Source: an uncultured Actinomycetota bacterium (GTDB lineage: Bacteria > Actinomycetota > Actinomycetes > Mycobacteriales > Mycobacteriaceae). Taken from it: a stretch of DNA of 64,000 nucleotides. Position numbers and translations under genes: made by a program. The notes beneath the pieces were generated by a model. It did not search any database and was not told the DNA's origin. It saw only the letters and a program-made list of their open reading frames with translations. This document shows, piece by piece, positions 21,818 through 32,384 of the stretch. Positions within the stretch are counted from its first letter, which is position 1. Each line of letters starts with the position of its first letter. The stretch covers positions 38,638-102,637 of the forward strand of contig CAVXVJ010000006.1 in assembly GCA_963765155.1 (NCBI GenBank). The letters run 5' to 3'.

Positions 21818-22609
21818 ATGGCGCGCTCCAAGAAAGATAAGAACCGGACCGACGACAACGGCTCCGGCATCTACGTCTACGGAATCGTTCCCGGCGACGT
21901 CCAGGTGGAAAAGGACGCCGAAGGGATCGGGGACCCGCCGGCGAAAGTGGAGTTGATTCGGGAAGGCGAGATTGCTGCACTGGTGAGTGTCGTCCCCATC
22001 GACAGGCCACTGGGCAAGCCCGAGGATCTGCAAGCCCATGCGCGTCTGCTGGACGGCACGGCCAGTGTCGCACCTGTGCTGCCACTACGGTTCGGCGCGG
22101 TGCTGACCGACGCCGAGGCGGTGTCCTCGGAACTGCTACGGGAGCACCACGACGAATTCGTCAGCGCGCTAGGCGAACTCGAAGGACATGCCGAATACAT
22201 CGTCAAGGGGCGCTATGACGAGAAGGCGATCCTCTCCGAGGTGCTCTCGGAGAGCGATCAGGCGCGCGGGTTGCGTGAGGAGATCCGTGACAAGTCCGAA
22301 GACGCTTCGCGGAACGCGCGGATGGCCCTCGGCGAGCTCGTCACAAAGGCCATCGAGACCAAACGCGATGCGGACACCAAGATAGTCGTCGACGAGATCG
22401 GTGACCTTGCCCTTCATGTCAACATCCGACCGCCGACGCATGAATTGGACGCCGTCCACGTGGCACTCCTTGCCGAGGTGGATCGCCAAGGCGACCTGGA
22501 GGCGACGATCGAGAAGCTCGCCGAAAACTGGGGAGACAGGGTCCAATTGCGGCTGCTCGGCCCAGTGGCGGCGTACGACTTCGTCGTAACCGGTGCCGGA
22601 AAGGCGTGA
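21818..22609 (+). CDS. gvpF: GvpF/L family gas vesicle protein
   Basis: IYVYGI, VLPLRFG, LGPVAAYDFV. Confidence 0.85.
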   Translation: MARSKKDKNRTDDNGSGIYVYGIVPGDVQVEKDAEGIGDPPAKVELIREGEIAALVSVVPIDRPLGKPEDLQAHARLLDGTASVAPVLPLRFGAVLTDAEAVSSELLREHHDEFVSALGELEGHAEYIVKGRYDEKAILSEVLSESDQARGLREEIRDKSEDASRNARMALGELVTKAIETKRDADTKIVVDEIGDLALHVNIRPPTHELDAVHVALLAEVDRQGDLEATIEKLAENWGDRVQLRLLGPVAAYDFVVTGAGKA

Positions 22610-22611
22610 CG

Positions 22612-22869
22612 ATGGGAATCCTGTCCGCGGTTTTGCTGGCGCCGCTCGCCCCCGTCCGGGGGGTGGTGGCACTCGCTGAAGTCATTCAGCGTCGTGTCGA
22701 CCAAGAACTTAACGATCCAGCCACAACACGCAGACAGCTCGAGGTTCTCGAGGAAGCACGCGAGCGCGGCGAGATTTCCCCGGAAGAGGAACACGAGGCG
22801 CAGGACGAGATTCTCCAAGCGCGGATCACGCCCCGGGTCGCTAGGAAGGCACCGCCGAAGGACGGATGA
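22612..22869 (+). CDS. gvpG: Gas vesicle protein G
   Basis: LAPLAPVRGV, ELNDP, GEISPEE. Confidence 0.85.
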   Translation: MGILSAVLLAPLAPVRGVVALAEVIQRRVDQELNDPATTRRQLEVLEEARERGEISPEEEHEAQDEILQARITPRVARKAPPKDG

Positions 22870-22874
22870 GGACA

Positions 22875-23219
22875 ATGGCACAACGCACGCGTGAGCGATC
22901 GGGTGACGATCGCGACGCTGACGAAGCCACTACCCCCGATGTCCGCACGAGAAGCGGCCGACATGCGCTCGCGAGTTCATCACCGAGATGTCCGGACGCG
23001 AGCCGGTCGCGATGACGTCAGTGGAGCCCACCGATGACGACGGATGGGTGGTCGAGGTTCGAAGTCATCGAGGAACGACGAATCCCGTCATCGGCGGACA
23101 TCCTCGCGGTGTATGAGGTCGAGCTCGATTCCGACGGGGAGATGTTGGCGTTCCACAGAATTCGTCGATACATGCGCGGGCAGACGGGCCGTCGTCAAAT
23201 GGGGGTGAGTCCGAGGTGA
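22875..23219 (+). CDS. gvpO: Gas vesicle protein O (frameshifted)
   Basis: Reconstructs to GREPVAMTSVEPTDDDGWVVEVEVIEERRIPSSADILAVYEVELDSDGEMLAFHRIRRYMRGQ. Confidence 0.85.
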
Positions 23220-23587
23220 CGGTCGGGGACAGCAGCCTCGTACCTAGCGGGTCCGGCGGTGGCGTCGCTGGCCCGCAGCCGTCGAACCTCGGGGACATCC
23301 TGGAACGCGTGCTCGACAAGGGCATCGTGATCGCTGGTGACATTCAAGTCAATCTGCTCGATATCGAGCTCCTCACCATCAAGCTTCGGCTTGTCGTCGC
23401 CTCGCTGGACACCGCCAAACAGGTCGGTATCGACTGGTGGGAGCACGACCCGTGGCTGACGGGCAAGAGCTCGAAGCTGCAAATCGAGAACGAGCGGTTG
23501 CGGGAACGGATCCAACAACTCGAGTCGGGTGATGGCGAACGTCGCGCGGTGCAGGCACGGCACGCGGAGTACGAGGATGACCGTTGA
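23216..23587 (+). CDS. gvpJ: Gas vesicle protein J (GvpA paralogue)
   Basis: NLGDILERVLDKGIVIAGDIQVNLLDIELLTIKLRLVVAS, GIDWWEHDPWL. Confidence 0.88.
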   Translation: MTVGDSSLVPSGSGGGVAGPQPSNLGDILERVLDKGIVIAGDIQVNLLDIELLTIKLRLVVASLDTAKQVGIDWWEHDPWLTGKSSKLQIENERLRERIQQLESGDGERRAVQARHAEYEDDR

Positions 23588-24359
23588 GGGCGACGGGCTC
23601 TGGCTCTATGCGATCCTGGGCGACGATTCGGCCGACGATCGCCTAGCCGGCCTGCGGGGTGTCGCCGACGAGCCGGTAAGGACCGTTACGGCAGAGGACC
23701 TTGCCGCCGCCGTCGGCACTGTCAACCTCCATGAGTTCGGACAGGATGCGTTGCGCCGCAACCTCGAGGACCTCGACTGGGTTGCGGCGAAGGCGCGCGC
23801 ACACGATGCGGTCATCACCGCGATCGCCCGATCCGGACCGGTGATTCCCGTGCGAATGGCGACCGTGTACGTCGACAACCGGCGAGTAGAACAGCTCTTG
23901 AAGAGTAGGCATGGCGATTTCAATCACGCGCTGCGCCGGGTAGCGGGCCGAGAGGAACTGGGAGTTAAGGCTTACGCCGACCCGAAGGGCCTGGCGGCGC
24001 AGGATGATCCGGTCGATGGAAACTCGAGGTCGGGAACGGCGTACCTGCTGCGTCGTCGACGTGAACTTGCCTCGCAGGAGGAGGCATTTCGGGTTGCGTC
24101 GCAAGAGGCCGACCGCATCCACACTGCGCTGATGCGGCACGCCGTGGACGGCAAGCGTAAACCGGCCACCGACAGGGCCCTGTCCGGCAGGGACGAGTGG
24201 ACCGTACTGAACGGCACGTATCTGGTGGACGAGGATGTCGTTGAGTCTATTCCGGGAGACCGTTGCCGCCCTCGACTGGGTCAACGGCGCAGAATCACGC
24301 TCGAAATCACCGGCCCATGGCCGCCGTATTCGTTTGCGGGGGATCTGGTCGCGCAATGA
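23577..24359 (+). CDS. gvpL: GvpL/F family gas vesicle protein
   Basis: LEDLDWV, VIPVRMATVY, LNGTYLVD, TGPWPPYSF. Confidence 0.85.
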   Translation: MTVEGDGLWLYAILGDDSADDRLAGLRGVADEPVRTVTAEDLAAAVGTVNLHEFGQDALRRNLEDLDWVAAKARAHDAVITAIARSGPVIPVRMATVYVDNRRVEQLLKSRHGDFNHALRRVAGREELGVKAYADPKGLAAQDDPVDGNSRSGTAYLLRRRRELASQEEAFRVASQEADRIHTALMRHAVDGKRKPATDRALSGRDEWTVLNGTYLVDEDVVESIPGDRCRPRLGQRRRITLEITGPWPPYSFAGDLVAQ

Positions 24360-24559
24360 CGGAAGAAGTACTTCCTGCGGAAAGGGACCGACGGATTGCC
24401 CTCGTCGATCTGCTGGATCGGGTGCTGGCCGGCGGCGTGGTCATCAGCGGTGACATGGTGTTGTCGATCGCCGACGTGGACATGGTCGTGATCTCGCTGC
24501 GGACCTTGATCTCGTCCGTCGGGTCGCTGTTGCCTGTCGAGGAGGAGGGGTACCAGTGA
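24356..24559 (+). CDS. gvpS: Gas vesicle protein S
   Basis: ALVDLLDRVLAGGVVISGDMVLSIADVDMV. Confidence 0.82.
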   Translation: MTEEVLPAERDRRIALVDLLDRVLAGGVVISGDMVLSIADVDMVVISLRTLISSVGSLLPVEEEGYQ

Positions 24560-24875
24560 CGCCAGCTGAACACAACGGCGAGCGCGTCGACCTGCCGCAG
24601 CCCCGTCAGCGCATCAATTCGGATCCCGCCACGGTGGAGAAGGGATTGGTAAGCCTCGTATTGACGTTGGTCGAGCTTCTACGCCAACTCATGGAGCGGC
24701 AGGCGATTCGGCGAGTCGACCGCGGCGACTTGACGGACGAGCAGGTCGAGCGAATCGGAACGACGTTGATGCTGCTGGAAGAGAAGATGGCCGAACTGCG
24801 TGAGCATTTCGACCTGACGCCGGAGGACCTCAACATCGATCTCGGCCCGCTGGGCCGCTGTTGTCGTCCGATTAG
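24556..24875 (+). CDS. gvpK: Gas vesicle protein K (frameshift in the last codons)
   Basis: LVLTLVELLRQLMERQAIRR, EDLNIDLGPLG. Confidence 0.9.
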
Positions 24876-25492
24876 TCACGGCGCCGGCCGATGCCAGGAA
24901 CGAAGCGGCCCACCCTGGCCGCGTACTCCCGATACGAGTCGCCATGTGCCCAGAGCAGATACGGCTCTTCGACATGGCGGACGTGGATATAAATGCCGAG
25001 GGCCACACCGACGACGCCGGCCAGGGCGACGGCGTTAGGCGCCATCAACGCCAGACCCGCGGTAGCGACGATGATCAACGTGAAGATCGGATTGCGGATC
25101 ACACCGAACAGGCCGGTGGTGACCAAGTCGGGTCGCTCGGTGTAGTCGACTGTGGCCCGCCATGACGCACCCATGCCGGATTGCGCGACCCAGACCGCGC
25201 CAATGCCGATGACGGCCAACGCCGTTCCGGCGACTCGCACCGCAGTGAAGTCGAGGTAGCGCACCGCGTTCAGCCTGCCCGTGGCGGCAAAGACCGTGCC
25301 GGCAACCGTTGCGGTCATGCCGGCGAACGCCATGGCGCCGCCCATGAAATCCGTTGGTTTCAAACCCGAGTCGCGTCGCGGGGTCCCAGTCGAGCCGGTC
25401 GAGCGCCAGTGCAGGTAGCCCCGCGCGAGCGCGTCGACGGCCAAGAACACGATGAACAGCGCCACCGCAAGCCACGCGAATGCGGTGTCCAT
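24872..25492 (-). CDS. Isoprenylcysteine carboxyl methyltransferase (ICMT/PEMT) family membrane protein
   Basis: MGASWR, LVTTGLFGVIRNPIF, EEPYL...Y.EY...VGRFVP. Confidence 0.85.
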   Translation of the reverse strand: MDTAFAWLAVALFIVFLAVDALARGYLHWRSTGSTGTPRRDSGLKPTDFMGGAMAFAGMTATVAGTVFAATGRLNAVRYLDFTAVRVAGTALAVIGIGAVWVAQSGMGASWRATVDYTERPDLVTTGLFGVIRNPIFTLIIVATAGLALMAPNAVALAGVVGVALGIYIHVRHVEEPYLLWAHGDSYREYAARVGRFVPGIGRRRD

Positions 25493-25500
25493 ATCGGGCT

Positions 25501-27821
25501 TTACCGGTGCGGTCGGATCGCAGGCGGCTCGTGGGCCCGCACTGGTGGCAGCGGCCCGGTGAACTTCTCGACTTCGACCAGCACGTGGGCTCCGGTGCTG
25601 CCCCGGCCAGTGACGAGGTTCCGACGTCGTCGGTCAGCACGTTGGGGTTGCCGTGCACGCACATGGCATCGGGGTCGGACGGATCGTCCGGGTCGAACCA
25701 CGCACCCGTCGCCAACTGCACCACGTCGGGGCGCAGCCGGTCGTCGATCACCACGCCGGCCAGGCATGCGCCGCGGTCGTTGAACACCCGAACCACGTCG
25801 CCGTCAGCCAGTCCGCGCGCCGCGGCGTCGGCCGGATGCATCCGGATCGGTTCGCGCCCTTGCACTTTGGATGCCTGGCTGGTGGCGCCGCCGTCCAGCT
25901 GACCGTGCAGCCGGGAGGCGGGCTGGTTGGCCAGCAGGTGCAGGGGAAAGCTCGCGGCCCGCTGTCCGCCGAGCCATTCCGAAGGTTCGTACCACTTCGG
26001 GTGCCCGGCGCAGTCGTCGTAGCCGAAGCGGTCGATGTCGGCTGAGAAGATCTCGATGCGACCGCTCGGAGTGGCCAGCCGATGGGGCTGCGGGTCGGCC
26101 CGGAAGTCGGCCAGCAGCGTCAGCCCGTTCTCGGTGGGCAGCCGCAGGCGGCCCTGCGCCCAGAAGTCGTCGAACTCCGGCACCGCGAAATCCAGTCCGG
26201 CGGCCCACTTGTCGTACAGGTGCGCCAGCCACTGCCGCGCGGTGCGGCCTTCGGTGAACTGTTCGCCGAAGCCGAGCGCCTCGGCCAGCGCGGCGAACGT
26301 CGTGTAGTCGTCACGGGATTGCGCGTACGGCTCGGCCATTTTCGGCATGGCCATCAGCAGCGGGTCGTTGCGTGATCCGGAGTAGTCATCGCGTTCGAAT
26401 GGGGTGGTCGACGGGACCACGATGTCGGCGTGCTTGGCCATCGCAGTCCAGTACGGGTCGTGCACCACGATCGTGTCGGCGCGGCCCAGCGCGCGCCGCA
26501 GCCGCGGAATGTTCTGGTGGTGATGGAACGGGTTACCGCCGGCCCAGTACACCAGTTTGATGTCGGGATAGGTCAGCCGTCGCCCGTTGTAGTCGAACGG
26601 CTCCCGGGGTGCAGCAGCATGTCGCTGATCGCGGCGACGGGGATGAAGGTCTGCACCGGATTGGGGCCCTGCGGCAGCTTACGGGAGGCCGAAGCGCAGC
26701 GGCGGCAGCCCCGGCTCGTTCATCGACCCGTAACCATGCCCGAAACCGCCTCCGGGAACGCCGATTTGGCCCAGCATGGCCGCCAGCGTCAAGCCCATCC
26801 ACGGTGCTTGTTCGCCGTGACGGGTCCGCTGCAGCGACCAGCTGACGGTGACGATCGTGCGCCCGGCGGCCATGCGCCGGGCCAATGCCGTCAGTTCGTC
26901 GGCCGGCAGCCCGCAGATCGGCGCCGCCCACTGCGGTGACTTCGGCACGCCGTCGTCAAGCCCGAGCAGATACCGCTCGAAGCGTTCATAGCCCGTGCAG
27001 TAGGTGCTCAGGAAGTCTCGATCCGCCAGCGACTCGGCGGCAAGAACATGGGCGAGCGCCAGCATGATCGTCACGTCGGTGCCCGGTATCGGTGCATGCC
27101 ATTCGCAGTCGCCGTCGACGTCGTCACGCAGTGGCGAGAACGACACGATCCGGCCGCCGCGATCGCGGAAGCGGCGCAAGGCGTCGCGCGCCGGATGTGC
27201 CGTCGTGCCGCCGTGGTTGAGGCCGTGTTCTTGCGCGCCAGCCCGCCGAAGCACACCAGCAGATCGGTGTGCTCGACGATGACTTCCCAGTCGGTGGACC
27301 GCTTGAACAGGTCGTCGTGGGTGCCGACCACCCGCGGCATGATCACCCCGGTGGCGCCGAGGCTGTAGGAGTGCCGTGAAAAGGTATATCCGCCAAGGAG
27401 TTTGAGGAACCGGTGCACCTGGCTCTGCGCATGATGGAACCGGCCGGCGCTGGCCCAGCCGTATGAGCCGCCGTAGATCGCCTCGTTGCCGTGGGTGTCG
27501 ACGACTCGGCGCAGCTCGCCGGCCAGCAGCTCGGTGAGTTCGTCCCACGAGACGGCGACGAACTCGTCGGCGCCCCGCAGCGATGTCGGCGCCCGGCCCC
27601 TCGCGCAGCCAGCCGCGCCGGACGGCCGGGGTGGCGATCCGGGAGCGATGCCGGATCGAGCCGGGCAGATTACCCAGCAGCGGCGACGGGTCGGTGTCGC
27701 CCGCGAGCGGTGTCACCGACGCGATGTCCCCGGATTCGATGGCCGCGGTGAATGCGCCCCAATGTGTGAGGCTCGTTACGGCTCCGGAACCGCTCGTCGG
27801 GCGACTGTGGGCAGAAGCCAT
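25501..27821 (-). CDS. bisC: Biotin sulfoxide reductase-like molybdopterin oxidoreductase (frameshifted)
   Basis: LTHWGAF, GGSYGWASAGRFHHAQ, WSLQR..HGEQ, YWAGGNPFHHHQ, RLHGQLD, HGNPNVLT. Confidence 0.85.
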
Positions 27822-28108
27822 GGCCGAAAGTCTAAGGGCGACCAGTCTCGCTGACCGCCGAGCAGGCCGCGACGGCGAAATGGCATTGCACCGAGAAGCA
27901 GACCATTTGTGGCGGCATCACCGAGGAGATAAATTGGCCGCAGCCTGGATGTTTAACGGCGTCATTGCAGTTAAACGCGGCTATCGGCGCGTCACCGCGT
28001 ATTTTCACTCAAGAATCGGCAATGGTTCTTGGGTATCGCACTCTGCTGACGCACAGTCGACGGACGCGATACTTTTCATGGAATTTCCGCCGACGGCCGG
28101 GAGGGTTA

Positions 28109-30034
28109 ATGAGCGGGCAGGGGATCCTGCGCAATACGGTGATTGGTCGCGTGGCCGTATGCCTATTGGCGGCCGCGGCCCTCGTGCTCTTCGCGCCCGT
28201 CGCGGCGGCCACCCCGGAGGCCGACGCGGCCCTCACCGCGGCATGGGACGCCAACGGCGGCGCCGCCGGACCCCTCGGCCCCAAGGACGGCGGCGTCTAC
28301 CCCGTCGGGGAGGGATTCGGGCAGAACTTCGCCGGCGGCAAGGCCTTCTTCACCCCGGCCACCGGCGCCCACGTCATGACCGGCGCGATCCTGGAGAAGT
28401 ACGAGTCGCTCGGCGGGCCCGCCGATAGCGACCTCGGTTTCCCCACCATCGACGAGGGTGCCGGCCGCGCCCCTGGCAGCCGCAACACGACATTCAGCGC
28501 GGCGGATAAGCCGGTCATCTTCTGGACGCCCGATACCGGTGCCCGGGTGGTGCGCGGCCCCATCAACGCGGCGTGGGACAAGCTGGGCGGCTCGGCGGGC
28601 CAGCTAGGAGTGCCCGCTGAGGACGAGGCTTACCGCGGCGACGTCGTCACCCAGAAGTTCACCGGCGGCGAGATCACCTACGACGCGAAGGCCAAGACCT
28701 TCACCACCGTGCCGCCCGAGCTGGCCGGGCAACTGGCAGACCTCGAGATCCCCGACGACCCCACGTCCGCGATCAACGCGGCCAGGCGTGCCGCCGGGGG
28801 AACGCTGGGCCCGCTCGGCGCCGCCGAAGGTCGGCCGTACCCGATCGGAGGGGACGGGCTCGGCCAGAACTTCGCCGGCGGCAAGATCTTCTACAGCCCC
28901 AAGACGGGCGCGAACGTCGTCACCGGTCAGGTGCTGGCCAAGTACGAAAGCGTCGGTGGCCCGGAGGGTGACCTGGGGTTCCCGACCAGCGATGAGGTCG
29001 ACGGCGGCCTGGCACCGTCCAGCCGGGTCAGCACCTTTGCCGCCGACGACAAGCCGGTCATCTTCTGGACGCCCGATTACGGCGCGGTCATCGTGCGCGG
29101 CGCCATGAACGCCGCGTGGGAGAAGCTCGGCGGGGCAAAGGGTGATCTCGGCGCTCCGATGGCCGATCAGACCGAGAACGACAACGTCGTCACGCAGCGG
29201 TTCAGCGGCGGCGTCGTGTCGTGGGACTCCTCGACCAACAAGTTCACCACCGAGCCGCCTAATCTGGCGTCGCAGCTGTCGGGACTGCAGGTCCCCGGCT
29301 ACCAAGCCCCCAAGGCGCCGAGCAGCCCGCAGGCATCGGACACCAACGGCGGCACGGGTTTTGAGTGGAACTGGTGGTGGTTGCTCGCCCTGATTCCGGT
29401 GCTCATCCTGGTCGGGCTGGTGGCCTTCGCCGCGCTGAGGAGTCGTCGCGGCGGCGGTGACGACGAGCGGTCGGATGTCGGCGGACCGGGACCCGACATC
29501 CCCGCCTACAGCGGCGCGCCGGCACAGGAAGACCGTTCCGACGACGATCACGCGGTCGGGTTGTTCACCGATCGGTACTCGGGTGAGGGGCTGGGGTCGC
29601 TGTCGTCGTCATCTGAGGGCCAGCGGTCTTATCCGTCGGCGCCGGTGAACGTGTGGGGCTCGCCCGAGCACACCGACCAAACGACCGAGGCGCAGCCCGT
29701 CGCGGCGCCCGCCCAGCCGCCGGAGGAGCAGGAGGATCAGGACGCGATCGATACGGCACCCACTCGCGTGCCGACCGCCGTCGAACGGGATCCGCTGACC
29801 GACACCGGGCGCCACGCCCGCATCGTGATCGACGAACCCGAGCCGTCGCGCACCGCACTGCGTCTGCCGCTCGACGATCCCAACCAAGCGCCGGAGGGTT
29901 ATCCGGTCAAGGCGGACACCAAGTCGGGGCTTTACTGGGCGCCCGGCAGTGCGAGCTACGACGACGCGCAAGCCGAAATATGGTTCGCCAGCGAGGAATT
30001 CGCCCGCACCAACGGTTTCGTCAGCGGCGACTAA
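28109..30034 (+). CDS. LGFP-repeat cell-envelope protein (Rv2721c-like)
   Basis: Signal peptide, duplicated DLGFPT repeats, WWWLL TM anchor, YPVKADTKSGLY tail. Confidence 0.88.
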   Translation: MSGQGILRNTVIGRVAVCLLAAAALVLFAPVAAATPEADAALTAAWDANGGAAGPLGPKDGGVYPVGEGFGQNFAGGKAFFTPATGAHVMTGAILEKYESLGGPADSDLGFPTIDEGAGRAPGSRNTTFSAADKPVIFWTPDTGARVVRGPINAAWDKLGGSAGQLGVPAEDEAYRGDVVTQKFTGGEITYDAKAKTFTTVPPELAGQLADLEIPDDPTSAINAARRAAGGTLGPLGAAEGRPYPIGGDGLGQNFAGGKIFYSPKTGANVVTGQVLAKYESVGGPEGDLGFPTSDEVDGGLAPSSRVSTFAADDKPVIFWTPDYGAVIVRGAMNAAWEKLGGAKGDLGAPMADQTENDNVVTQRFSGGVVSWDSSTNKFTTEPPNLASQLSGLQVPGYQAPKAPSSPQASDTNGGTGFEWNWWWLLALIPVLILVGLVAFAALRSRRGGGDDERSDVGGPGPDIPAYSGAPAQEDRSDDDHAVGLFTDRYSGEGLGSLSSSSEGQRSYPSAPVNVWGSPEHTDQTTEAQPVAAPAQPPEEQEDQDAIDTAPTRVPTAVERDPLTDTGRHARIVIDEPEPSRTALRLPLDDPNQAPEGYPVKADTKSGLYWAPGSASYDDAQAEIWFASEEFARTNGFVSGD

Positions 30035-30351
30035 GAGTTGACCCGTAATTGCTTGTGGGTTTTGAGTTCCAGTGTCCGGCGATGATCTGGAGGCTGTGGT
30101 TGATGCCGTGGCTGGTGTGAAACAGCGCGGCGAGCGCTCCAGGGTGGTGAGGTTGGTGCGCGGATGGATCAGCACCACCCAGCGCCCTGGCCGGCACGGG
30201 CAGGGCCCCGGGCCGTCGCGGGTGTGGGCGGGCGTCGCTGGTGGCCCGGGTGCCCACGATGTCGATCTGGGGGCGCGGGTTAGTCCGGTGAGCGGCAGCA
30301 GGTTACGCCGTCGGTGGGGCGCGGCGTGATGTCGGTGGGTGATGGTTTCAT
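30031..30351 (-). pseudogene. Internally deleted IS5-family (ISL2/IS112-like) transposase
   Basis: LTGLTRA..., VLIHPRTNLTT..LAALFHTS (HTH) fused near 30110 to GINHSLQIIAGHWN..KTHKQLRVNS* running through the TIR; DDE core absent. Confidence 0.7.
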
Positions 30352-32384
30352 GGCCCAATGGCAGCCACGCCCTCCCACATCGCCGCCACCAGCGGTGATG
30401 TGGGGGTGCCGCGGCGCCGCGGTAAGTCGAAGGCCCCGAATTTCAGATACGACGGCCCAATGTCGGTAATCCGCCTCGAGCTCGATGTATCCGATAGCCA
30501 GATGCGCCGGCGGCTGGAGCGGCAGTGGGAGGCGGTGTTTCGGTTGCGCCGGGCGCTGCAGCGCGACGCGGCCGCACGGTGTCGGGCGTATTGGGCGGCC
30601 CGTCATGAGCGGGCTCGGGATCCGAAGGCGGTGGCCGAGCGGCTGGGGTTGACCCGCAGGGGGATCGAGGCCGCGGCCAAGAACCATATTGAGGCCAGCG
30701 GCTGGATGCGTGATCACCTGACCAAAGCCATCGGGCTGCATCTCGCCGATGAGGTGTGGGAAACGATCGACCGGCACCTATTCGCCGACGCTTCGGGGCG
30801 CCGGCACGGCTCGCCGCGGGTCGGGTCGTGGTGGGACTTCACCCGCATCCCCGGGCGGGCACGCTCGCACACCAAACCCAAGCCGGTGTGGGAGACCTAC
30901 CGGATGGTCGGCACGTTGGATGGGCATCTCGGGGCCTATCGGCATCCGCAGCTGCCCGCCGAGATCAGCACCGGCACCGCGGCGGCCGCCGGGTCGGCGG
31001 GCACCTCGGTGCTGGCCCAGCCCGCCCGGTTGCCGGTGCCGACGCGCCCAGCCAGCGGCTCGTGGGCCGATCACGACGCTGCATTGGCGGTGGTGTTCAC
31101 CGGCATGCCCGCCGGCGATCTGGTGTTGCCGGTGCGGCTACCCCAAGGCGCGGGTCAGTGGGCGCACCTGGCCCATTTTCTGGCCGATCCGCAGGTGTGG
31201 CACAAGATCGACCTGGTACGCGTGCGCGACCACAAAGCACCCGGCGGGTGGCGGTATTACGCGCATCTGTTGACCCACCAATGCGGATATCAATCGGCGA
31301 GCACCCAGGCGCGGCGCACGCAGATCCCCGATGGTCGGCGGGCCGGGGTGGATGCCAACGTGTCGAACCTGGCGCTGGCGTCGTTTCCCGACGGGCAGCC
31401 AGAGCAGCTGACCGTCGACCAGATCTGCTGCACCGAGGAACAACAGACGCGCGGCGCAGGTGCGGCGCGCAAAGGGCCAGAGCGCGGCAGCGTGCATTGG
31501 ATCGGTTCGCGGCGCAACACCAACGCTGAGCAGTACGGCCCGTCGCAGCGCCAGCACAAGCGCGCGGCGCGCCGCGCCGGCAAAGGGTTGGCGGCCCGCC
31601 AGATCATCAACCCGGGCGGGCCGCGGGCGGCCCGCGCCGATGGGGTGCCGTTGCGCGGCTACCGCCACGACACGCTGTCGCGTCGTTATCACCGCATCCG
31701 CGCCGATGACCGCGCCCAGTCCCGTCGCGCTGGTCAGGCCAAACAGGCCCGCGCGCGCGAGGTCGCGGCGCGGATCGTGGCCGCCCACGGCAACACCATC
31801 ACTGTGGGAGGACTGCCGCATCTCCACCTGGGCCCGGTTGTGGGGCAAGAGGATTGCGTTGTTCAGCCCCGGTATGCTGTTGGCCGCCCTCAAGCGCGAA
31901 TGCGCTGCCACCGGCGGCACGCTGTATCGGGCGGGCACCCGCTGCACCGCGCTGTCCCAGCATTGCCTGTGCGGGGTTCGGGTGCCCAAAACCCTGGACC
32001 AGCGCACCCACCACTGCCAGGAATGCGGGCTGCGCGCCGATCGTGACATCACCTCAGCGATGTTGGCGGCCTGCGTCGAACTCGCCGATCCCGATGATCC
32101 GCGCACCGCGCGGGTCGACTACCGACTTGCCCACGCCGTACGGGCGTGGCTGGCCTCCCAGAGCAAGAGTGGGAGGGTTCAGTCAACCGGCACCAGCCAC
32201 TAGCCATCACCTGATGGGGGATCGGCGAGGACCGGCAGCCACCAGCCGGTGGCCTCTGCTGAACAAGCAGCACTCGGCTCACCCCCGAACAGCCCAAGCC
32301 CACAGCCTGGACGTCGCGGGACCAGCCGAAAACAACCAGCCCCCAAGCTGATTGGCGCTGCATGACCCATTACAGGTCAACTCT
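30034..32384. mobile_element. Non-autonomous IS5-like element carrying a TnpB-like nuclease
   Basis: TIRs AGAGTTGACCCGTAAT (30034-30049) and ATTACAGGTCAACTCT (32369-32384), 15/16 match; TA on both flanks (30032-33, 32385-86). Confidence 0.85.
30358..32214 (+). CDS. tnpB: Large TnpB/Cas12-like RuvC nuclease (about 600 aa; apparent frameshifts near 31450, 31505, 31807, 32160)
   Basis: RuvC-I AGVDANV (D at 31351), RuvC-II TVEDC (about 31808), LSQHCLCG...HCQECG zinc ribbon, RuvC-III DRDITSA (D at 32045). Confidence 0.85.

Noticed and set aside
27840-28100. Possible ncRNA or REP element between bisC and the LGFP gene
   Set aside because: Only short imperfect stems; consistent with an ordinary divergent promoter region.
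28220-29290. Internal duplicated DNA (for example AAGCCGGTCATCTTCTGGACGCCCGAT twice)
   Set aside because: Explained by the tandem LGFP domain architecture of this protein family.
30034-32384. Type V CRISPR-Cas locus
   Set aside because: No repeat-spacer array or adaptation genes nearby; TIRs and TA flanks indicate a transposon.
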